A DNA stretch of 64,000 nt from Rhodothermales bacterium (GTDB lineage Bacteria; Bacteroidota; Rhodothermia; Rhodothermales; VXPQ01). The stretch is taken from NCBI GenBank assembly GCA_951812345.1, contig OX638295.1, positions 1,582,965-1,646,964 of the forward strand. Direction: 5' to 3'. Below the pieces are notes generated by a model that did not search any database, was not told where the DNA came from, and was given only the letters and a program-made list of their open reading frames with translations. Made by a program: the position numbers and the translations under genes. Below, piece after piece: positions 57,533-64,000 of this stretch; within the stretch, counting starts at the first letter, position 1; the number at the start of each line of letters is the position of its first letter.

Positions 57533-59992
57533 CTATACCTTGCCCGAATTTCTGATGCCTGCGAGCAACTCATCCAGTTCTTCTTCGGACTCGACAAGCA
57601 CTTCACGCGCCTTGGACCCCACAAACCGGCCCACAATTCCCGCCGTTTCAAGCTGATCCACAATACGGGCGGCTCGAGTGTATCCGACGGACAGTTTGCG
57701 TTGCAGAAGGGAAACCGAACCCTGGCGGGCACGCACGATAATGTGGGCCGCCTCGTCGAAAAACGGGTCTATATCGTCTATGCCGGAAAGATTACCTGTA
57801 CTGCTGTCATCTCCGAAGGGGGGTAGCATATAGGGGCCAGGACCCTTTTGACGGGCAACAAAATCCACTACACGGTCAACTTCTTCGGAGCTTACGAACG
57901 GGCCCTGCAGGCGGGCCGACCTGCTTCCGAGCATATACAAAAGGTCTCCGTTACCGACAAGACCCTCTGCGCCATTCTGATCGAGGATCGTGCGGGAATC
58001 CACCTTGGAAGCAACCTGATAGGCAATACGTGCGGGGAAATTTGCCTTTATCAACCCGGTAATAACATCGACGGACGGGCGTTGGGTGGCAAGCACAAGG
58101 TGTATGCCTACGGCGCGCGCCATCTGGGCGAGCCGCGCTATAGGAGCCTCTATGTCCTTGCCCGCCAACATCATAAGGTCCGCCAGTTCATCTATGATAA
58201 CCACGATATACGGCAAATGGATGAAAGCGTCTTCCTTGTCCAGTTTCCCGGAATGAACCTTTTTGTTATAATCCTTGATAGAGCGAACCTGGGCCGCAGA
58301 AAACAGATCGTAACGTATTTCCATCTCACGCTCACAGGATTTGAGCACACCCAGCGCCTGGGCCACATCGGTGATAATCGGCTCCTCGCTATTCTCCGGC
58401 ATAGCCACATAGTGGTCAACCATGTACTTGTACTGCTGCAACTCGATCTTTTTGGGATCGATCATTACAAACTTCAAATTGGCGGGATGACATGCATACA
58501 TCAATCCGGTAATCAGCGTATTGAGTCCCACCGATTTACCTGATCCCGTCGCTCCTGCAATAAGCAAGTGGGGAAGTTTCGCCAGATCCGTTAAAAAAAC
58601 TTCTCCTTCGATGCTTTTGCCGACCGCTATAGGCAGCTCCATCTCGGAATCACGGAATCGCGCCGTGCCTATGACATCACGGATCCGAACGAGTTCGCGG
58701 CGCCGGTTCGGGATTTCAACACCCACGGCGGATTTCCCTGGAATCGGCGCAATCATCCGGATACCTCCGGCAGCCATTGCCATAGCGAGGTCGTTTTCGA
58801 GGGCTGTGATGCGATTTATTTTCACACCAGGGGCCGGCGTCAACTCGTACAACGTAACGGTCGGCCCAACGATTGCATTGATCTCGCGTATTTCAATGCC
58901 GTACGTATCGAGTTTGTCGAGAAGGATTCGCTTGTTTTCTTCCAATTCTTCATAGTCGATCGGTACCTCGTCGGCATCACGCTCATCCAGTAGATCAATA
59001 GCAGGAAAACGATACCGGGCTGCAAGCCTTTCCCGGGGAATATCTACCTGCCGCTCCACGATATCGGTGTGCTCCTCCTCGATACGCTGCTGGACATGTA
59101 TTTCAATATCCTTTTCCGTAGCCGGGGCCTGCGCTGTGCTTCGGGCGGGGGGGCTCATGCCTTGAAAAGTGTCATTCAACGTACGGTCCGGGCCCGATTG
59201 AGCAGGGGTCGCCATCCTGCCGGGGAGCTGCCCGGCTGCCGTTTGCGCCGTCTCATGGGGAGCTTCTGTGGGATCCTCGGAATCCCCCGTTTTCCGTTTT
59301 GCCTGTTTTGCTTTGCGATTTGCTTCCGCGCGTTTTTCGCGTGCGGCGCGCCGGCGTGCAGCAGCGGCTTTTACCGAGGCTGGCCAGGACCCGACCTTAT
59401 CGAACAGCCGCTGCAGGTCATGGTCCACCAGTAGCAGGAAAGCAATCGCAAGGGACATTGCAAGGACCACAGCCGATCCGATCATGCCAAGAACATGCTG
59501 GAGCCACCCGGCCACCCCAAGACCAAGCCTCCCGCTCCATAATGCAAGTTCCACCTCAAAAACGAGTGCAACCCAACCAAGAAGGCTGGCTACGGTGAAT
59601 GTGATGATAAGAATCAGAATACCCGTCGAAACCAGCTTGCCGGTCAGGCGCCGCCGGAACAGCAGATATCCCACCATACACGCCAGGCCTGCCAGAAGAA
59701 CAACCGGATAGCCCAGAAAACGAGGTACGAGAAGGCGAGCGATCCATGCACCTGCCAGGCCGAGTGCATTGGAAACCTGGTTTTCTCCAGGAACAAATGC
59801 GTCGCTCAGGGTGCTTCCCCGCACAATGATGTCATCGGAAGCATTGTAGGTGATCAGCGCCAGCCCGATAAGAAAGGCCAATGTCATCACGACAAGGCCA
59901 AGCACTTCATGCATACGACCAGCGGATGCACGTGGCGTGCTTTGTCCGGAAACTCTCCTCCGGTTATGTTTTTTACCAGGTGGTAAAGCCAT
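57533..59992 (-). CDS. ftsK: DNA translocase FtsK/SpoIIIE
   Basis: 819 aa with N-terminal TM helices, a charged linker, the motor motif LIAGATGSGKSV, and a C-terminal gamma winged-helix domain. Confidence 0.95.
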   Translation of the reverse strand: MALPPGKKHNRRRVSGQSTPRASAGRMHEVLGLVVMTLAFLIGLALITYNASDDIIVRGSTLSDAFVPGENQVSNALGLAGAWIARLLVPRFLGYPVVLLAGLACMVGYLLFRRRLTGKLVSTGILILIITFTVASLLGWVALVFEVELALWSGRLGLGVAGWLQHVLGMIGSAVVLAMSLAIAFLLLVDHDLQRLFDKVGSWPASVKAAAARRRAAREKRAEANRKAKQAKRKTGDSEDPTEAPHETAQTAAGQLPGRMATPAQSGPDRTLNDTFQGMSPPARSTAQAPATEKDIEIHVQQRIEEEHTDIVERQVDIPRERLAARYRFPAIDLLDERDADEVPIDYEELEENKRILLDKLDTYGIEIREINAIVGPTVTLYELTPAPGVKINRITALENDLAMAMAAGGIRMIAPIPGKSAVGVEIPNRRRELVRIRDVIGTARFRDSEMELPIAVGKSIEGEVFLTDLAKLPHLLIAGATGSGKSVGLNTLITGLMYACHPANLKFVMIDPKKIELQQYKYMVDHYVAMPENSEEPIITDVAQALGVLKSCEREMEIRYDLFSAAQVRSIKDYNKKVHSGKLDKEDAFIHLPYIVVIIDELADLMMLAGKDIEAPIARLAQMARAVGIHLVLATQRPSVDVITGLIKANFPARIAYQVASKVDSRTILDQNGAEGLVGNGDLLYMLGSRSARLQGPFVSSEEVDRVVDFVARQKGPGPYMLPPFGDDSSTGNLSGIDDIDPFFDEAAHIIVRARQGSVSLLQRKLSVGYTRAARIVDQLETAGIVGRFVGSKAREVLVESEEELDELLAGIRNSGKV

Positions 59993-60082
59993 TTCTTAAG
60001 GTACTGTGTGCCGAAGAAAAAACCACAGAGGCAAGACGGGATGCAGACAATGCAAACGGGCCGGCAAAACCTTGTACCCTGA

Positions 60083-60829
60083 TTACACAGCAGCAGGGGA
60101 AAGCTCCGTTTTATCCAGCACAATCCGGTTTTCCCGGTAATAGGGGAGTACAGGCAAGGAATTGAACTGAAAACAATAGTCTACGTCGTCTTCAAAACCT
60201 TGCGATGCAAGCCATTTCGCATGGCTGCCCTGCCGCAAGGTAGCGTCCAGATGCATGCGATTGCGATCGTATAAGGAAAAAGCGATGAGCGCCGTATCGG
60301 AAACATGGTCAGGTCGTTGTCCATCCCACAGTCGATCCAGGATATAGCCCGCACAAAGTGTGTCCTCCAGTGAAACCCGGTTTTTCTGGCCTGCACAAAT
60401 GACTGTCAGGTTCTCTCCTAACTCGCGGATGGCTTCGACAATACGATCAATATTCAGGAAACACCCGATCAGAAGGTTTTTTGCATTCTGCCCCTTATGC
60501 ATAGCGACTGTACCGTTGGTCGTACTGAGAATAATGGTCCGCCCCTGCACTACCTGGCGGGTATACTCCAGAGGCGAATTGCCGCAATGGTACTCAGCAA
60601 TTCGAAAGCCGCCGCGTTCGCCGCCCAGCAGATAACTTGCCTGATCGAGGTTCGATGCAATTTTCCCTGCCTGATCCATATCCGCTACCGGAACTACGTC
60701 CCGGGCGCCGTTGCACATTGCGGTCACGATGGTCGAACAGGCCCGAAGCACATCGATCACCACCAAGGTGTGCCCATTCACTTTTTCTTCCGGTACGGAT
60801 TGACCAGTTATAAATACTTCTGTGTTCAT
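60083..60829 (-). CDS. 2-phosphosulfolactate phosphatase family protein (ComB-like)
   Basis: Start refined to ATG 60829: VVIDVLRA.STI, GGER.G, TTNGT. Confidence 0.78.
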   Translation of the reverse strand: MNTEVFITGQSVPEEKVNGHTLVVIDVLRACSTIVTAMCNGARDVVPVADMDQAGKIASNLDQASYLLGGERGGFRIAEYHCGNSPLEYTRQVVQGRTIILSTTNGTVAMHKGQNAKNLLIGCFLNIDRIVEAIRELGENLTVICAGQKNRVSLEDTLCAGYILDRLWDGQRPDHVSDTALIAFSLYDRNRMHLDATLRQGSHAKWLASQGFEDDVDYCFQFNSLPVLPYYRENRIVLDKTELSPAAV

Positions 60830-60921
60830 GGAATGCAATGGCGTAATCGAGTGGAAGGGAAACAACGGTGCACAAAGCGCCGAAAGATAACTCTTGTCTT
60901 GCCGCAATGCGCAACAGGCGC

Positions 60922-62052
60922 TCAGGTTTTATGCAACGGCGGCCTCTTAACAAGCGCATCGATCGTGCGGGATCGAATGGCTATGCTTATTTCGGAATCC
61001 GGCATCGTGCAGGCCGGATCGTTGGGCACATATCCCAGACCGATACCTCGTCCGAGCATGGGCGACTGTGTTCCACTCGTGACCACGCCCGTATCCAGAC
61101 CCATTGGGGTCGAGATACTATGACCACTTCTTGGAATAGCTCCTTGCTCCTGGACTATAAACGCTACCAGCTTCCGGGATGGACTCTCCGAGCGTACACG
61201 TTCCAGCACGGGTTTTCCGATGAAATCATCCTTGTCCATTCGGACAAAATAACCCAGGCCGGCCTCGATAGGGTTGGTTTCCTCCGTAATATCGTTTCCA
61301 TAGAGACGAAATGCGGCTTCCATACGAAGGGTATCCCGGGCGCCTAATCCGGCTGGTTTCAGCCCCTGCTCTGTCCCGGCCTTCAGGATCCTGTCCCAGA
61401 CTGATCCGGCCAGATCGGCATCGCAATATATCTCGACGCCTGCCTCTCCTGTATAGCCCGTCGCAGAAACGATAGAAAAACGTGCCCCTGCAAAATACCT
61501 GCCTGAGGCGTGCCGGAAGTGAAACGATTTCAAGCCATGCAAATCTTCCTCGAGCGCGGCTTCCGTTATAGCCCGCGCCCGGGGGCCCTGTACAGCAATC
61601 AGGGCAATCTCATCGGATATGTCTTCGATGATCGCCTTCGCCGGGTTATTTCGGATCATCCACATGAAGTCCTTTTGGCGATTTGCAGCATTGACCACAA
61701 AAAGGTATTCGTCCTCAGCAAGGCGATATACGATCAAGTCATCAATAATGCCGCCATTTTCCCGGCACATACAGGTATAGACAGCCTGCCCGGCCTGAAG
61801 CGACATTGCTTCGTTGGTGATCAGGTATTGTACGCAATCGGCAGCGTGAGGGCCGCGAACAAGGATTTCGCCCATATGGCTGACATCGAAGAGGCCTGCC
61901 TCCTGGCGAACGGCACGATGCTCTCCAAGGATACCGCCCGTATAGCGCAGCGGCATTTCGTAGCCGGCAAATGGCGTCATCCGCCCGCCGAGCGCAATGT
62001 GGCGATCATAAAGCGGGGTTTTTCGAAGCGCTCCGGATTCAGTCGATGCCAT
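60922..62052 (-). CDS. gcvT: glycine cleavage system aminomethyltransferase
   Basis: 376 aa: KTPLYD.H...G..M..FAG..MP..Y, LFDVSHMG, and a GcvT C-terminal barrel. Confidence 0.95.
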   Translation of the reverse strand: MASTESGALRKTPLYDRHIALGGRMTPFAGYEMPLRYTGGILGEHRAVRQEAGLFDVSHMGEILVRGPHAADCVQYLITNEAMSLQAGQAVYTCMCRENGGIIDDLIVYRLAEDEYLFVVNAANRQKDFMWMIRNNPAKAIIEDISDEIALIAVQGPRARAITEAALEEDLHGLKSFHFRHASGRYFAGARFSIVSATGYTGEAGVEIYCDADLAGSVWDRILKAGTEQGLKPAGLGARDTLRMEAAFRLYGNDITEETNPIEAGLGYFVRMDKDDFIGKPVLERVRSESPSRKLVAFIVQEQGAIPRSGHSISTPMGLDTGVVTSGTQSPMLGRGIGLGYVPNDPACTMPDSEISIAIRSRTIDALVKRPPLHKT

Positions 62053-62063
62053 AGATGTCCATG

Positions 62064-63167
62064 TTACAAACGCCAGGCGGTATAGCCTGCACGGATCAGT
62101 GTTTCGGTAGCAGCTGTAGCCGTGGCGTCTTCCGCGAAACCCATGCGGAAGGCGCCTCCAGTTCCTTCGCGTATTTTGAGAAGTTCAATATCCTTGATAT
62201 TCAACGATGCCTCGTAGAGTATCGTGGCGATCGAGAGCAGTTCGCCAGGGTGATCTTCCGCGTAGACATATACGTCCGCAAGCGGGTGCAGGAATCCTTT
62301 TGTGTTGCGGGGTATCGTTTCCCTCGTAGAGCGAGCGTCCTGAAACCGACTCTGTAATGTTTCCATATCGCCACTGGCAATCTCCTGGCGAAGAATCTCT
62401 ACTCGACTGGTAAACGAATCAAGCACCTCCAGAATGCGAGTGTCGTTCGTTTTCAGGATGTCGCTCCACACATCGAAAGGGGAGGAGGCAATGCGGGTCA
62501 TATCCCGAAACCCGCCGGCAGCGAGTTGGAGAAAGGCATCGTCGTGTCCACTTTCATTCGCCACATGGTTCATCAGCGCCACGGCAAGCAACTGAGGAAG
62601 GTGGCTGACAAACGCAGCTATGCGGTCGTGGCGAGCAGGGGGGAGTACAATAAGACGAGCACCCGTGGCCTCGATTAAGGCAACAAAAGAAGCATACTCC
62701 AACTCCAGGGCGGAAGCATCCAGGTCGTCCGGTGGGCAAAGTACATAGGCCGCGTTTTCGAACAACAAAGCATCTGCCTGGTCGATTCCACGGCGTTCGG
62801 AGCCGGCCATGGGATGCCCACCGACAAATAAGACATCTGAGGGCAACACGGTCGAGGCACAGTCTGCAACAGGGCCTTTTACGGAACCTGTATCCGTAAC
62901 AATGGCGCCCGTCTTGACATAAGGCGCAATCTGCTCCAGGATTTCCAGAACAGACTGGACGGGGGTAGCCAGCACGATGACATCGGCGCCGGAAACTGCC
63001 TCCTCCAGAGAGGATGCCGCCCGATCAAGGGCGCCGATTTCCATTGCCCTGTCAAGCGTGGCGGATTGATCAAAGCCAATGATCCTGACGTCTTGCGCCT
63101 GTTTTTTCCATACGAGGCCAAGGGATCCGCCAATCAGGCCGACGCCGAGGATGGCAACGCTTTGCAT
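62064..63167 (-). CDS. tyrA: prephenate dehydrogenase with C-terminal ACT domain
   Basis: ILGVGLIGGSLG Rossmann motif, and GGHPMAGSE. Confidence 0.85.
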   Translation of the reverse strand: MQSVAILGVGLIGGSLGLVWKKQAQDVRIIGFDQSATLDRAMEIGALDRAASSLEEAVSGADVIVLATPVQSVLEILEQIAPYVKTGAIVTDTGSVKGPVADCASTVLPSDVLFVGGHPMAGSERRGIDQADALLFENAAYVLCPPDDLDASALELEYASFVALIEATGARLIVLPPARHDRIAAFVSHLPQLLAVALMNHVANESGHDDAFLQLAAGGFRDMTRIASSPFDVWSDILKTNDTRILEVLDSFTSRVEILRQEIASGDMETLQSRFQDARSTRETIPRNTKGFLHPLADVYVYAEDHPGELLSIATILYEASLNIKDIELLKIREGTGGAFRMGFAEDATATAATETLIRAGYTAWRL

Positions 63168-63214
63168 AGGGGGCGACAGGTCAATACACGTTCACAAGAT
63201 TGAGCAAAAAGAGC

Positions 63215-64000
63215 CTATTCTCTTGCTACTTCTTTTTCCTGTTCCCCGCCAAGGCTCGGGGAGGTAATGTTTTTGTCTTCTTCCTTGCCATCCAGCGGCG
63301 CTTCGGCAGCATCCACATCGGACGGCCCGGCCTTCGGTGTTTTCTTCTTTCTTATGCTGAACGATAGCGTGTCAGTATCTTTCTTGTCTCTCGCAGCGAT
63401 ACGGATGGTATCGCCTTCTCCCAGGTTCTTCCCAAGAATATGATCGGCCAGCGGGTCCTCGATATATTTCTGAATCGAACGCCGCAAGGGACGGGCTCCA
63501 AACTTCACATCAAACCCTTTCCGAACGAGAAATTCCTTGGCCGACTTTGCGATATCCACTTTGATGCCGAGTTCTCTAACCCGATCAAGCAACTCGTCCG
63601 CCATGATATCGATGATAAGGAAGATGTGTTTTTTCTCCAGCGAATGGAAAACGATCACATCGTCCACCCGGTTCAGAAACTCGGGGTTGAACACCCGCTT
63701 CAGGGCATCTTCCACCGTATTCTTCATGGTCCGGTAATTGAACGTCTCTTCCGACTGGGAAAAGCCAATGCCTTTGCCAATGTTCTTTATGTCCCGGGCC
63801 CCGATGTTCGATGTCATAATGATGATCGTATTCCGGAAATCGACCCGGCGGCCAAGCCCATCTGTGAGTACGCCGTCATCAAGCACCTGTAGCAAGATGT
63901 TAAGTACATCCTGGTGCGCCTTCTCGATCTCATCGAGAAGAACAACGGAATACGGCTTGCGGCGGACTTTTTCCGTCAGTTGTCCGCCTTCTTCGTAGCC
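63215..64000 (-). CDS. Clp/Hsp100 AAA+ chaperone ATPase, C-terminal part (ClpC/ClpA-like; N-terminus beyond the right edge)
   Basis: The reading frame is open to position 64000: ..GYEEGGQLTEKVRRKPYSVVLLDEIEKAHQDVLNILLQVLDDG.LTD..GR.VDF.NTIIIMTSN .. GARPLRR.IQ. This is the second AAA+ module with sensor-2. The track's TTG 63895 start is internal to the gene. Confidence 0.9.
   Translation of the reverse strand, partial: GYEEGGQLTEKVRRKPYSVVLLDEIEKAHQDVLNILLQVLDDGVLTDGLGRRVDFRNTIIIMTSNIGARDIKNIGKGIGFSQSEETFNYRTMKNTVEDALKRVFNPEFLNRVDDVIVFHSLEKKHIFLIIDIMADELLDRVRELGIKVDIAKSAKEFLVRKGFDVKFGARPLRRSIQKYIEDPLADHILGKNLGEGDTIRIAARDKKDTDTLSFSIRKKKTPKAGPSDVDAAEAPLDGKEEDKNITSPSLGGEQEKEVARE

Noticed and set aside
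62053-62063. Glycine riboswitch upstream of gcvT
   Set aside because: Only 11 nt separate gcvT from the preceding tyrA stop, which leaves no room for a riboswitch.
1-64000. Search for CRISPR arrays, rRNA genes, integrase/recombinase or phage genes, toxin-antitoxin pairs, restriction-modification or other recognisable defence modules
   Set aside because: I saw no short regularly spaced direct repeats and none of the corresponding protein signatures in any frame. The only mobile-DNA signal is the IS5/MITE family reported above.

Overview
This 64-kb window is GC-rich (roughly 55-60% by eye) and densely coding. It reads as core chromosome from a Bacteroidota/Rhodothermota-type (FCB group) bacterium. 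The lineage call is an inference from four things: a type IX secretion C-terminal sorting domain, a GWxTD protein, the ileS / Cys-poor DksA-like / lspA arrangement, and a long-tailed ribosomal protein S16.

Almost all genes are recognisable housekeeping functions:
- Central metabolism: serC, pntAA-pntAB-pntB, purK-purE, gcvT, tyrA.
- Translation, secretion and replication: ileS, lspA, lepA, lepB, polA, ffh, the rpsP-rimM-trmD-rplS operon followed by smpB-tyrS, ftsK, and partial clpC.
- One RNA gene is supported, an initiator tRNA-fMet with a strong intrinsic terminator.

I found no CRISPR array, rRNA, prophage, recognisable defence or toxin-antitoxin module, or riboswitch. I cannot point to a convincing new multi-gene system.

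The structure not explained by ordinary gene annotation is a small mobile-element family:
- An internally deleted IS5-type transposase copy sits next to the tRNA.
- Two non-autonomous MITE-like derivatives (about 157 and 255 bp, about 87% identical over the shared core) lie in inverted orientation around a K+-channel two-gene cassette.
- Several solitary copies of the same terminal motif (..ATCAGAGTATCC|TTAA) sit in intergenic spacers. One abuts a stop codon and one lies about 15 nt upstream of a start codon.

Secondary curiosities:
- A 305-aa S16 with a 111-bp tandem-repeat acidic tail.
- A roughly 1285-aa secreted ThuA / PQQ-dehydrogenase-like / PKD / CBM / PA14 / T9SS fusion protein.
- A tandem YjbQ-like protein at the end of an rmlB / rmlA-like / rmlC-like cluster that lacks rmlD.
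- A vertebrate-NPL-like sialate lyase operon.

All family assignments come from motif recognition by eye. No database search was run.
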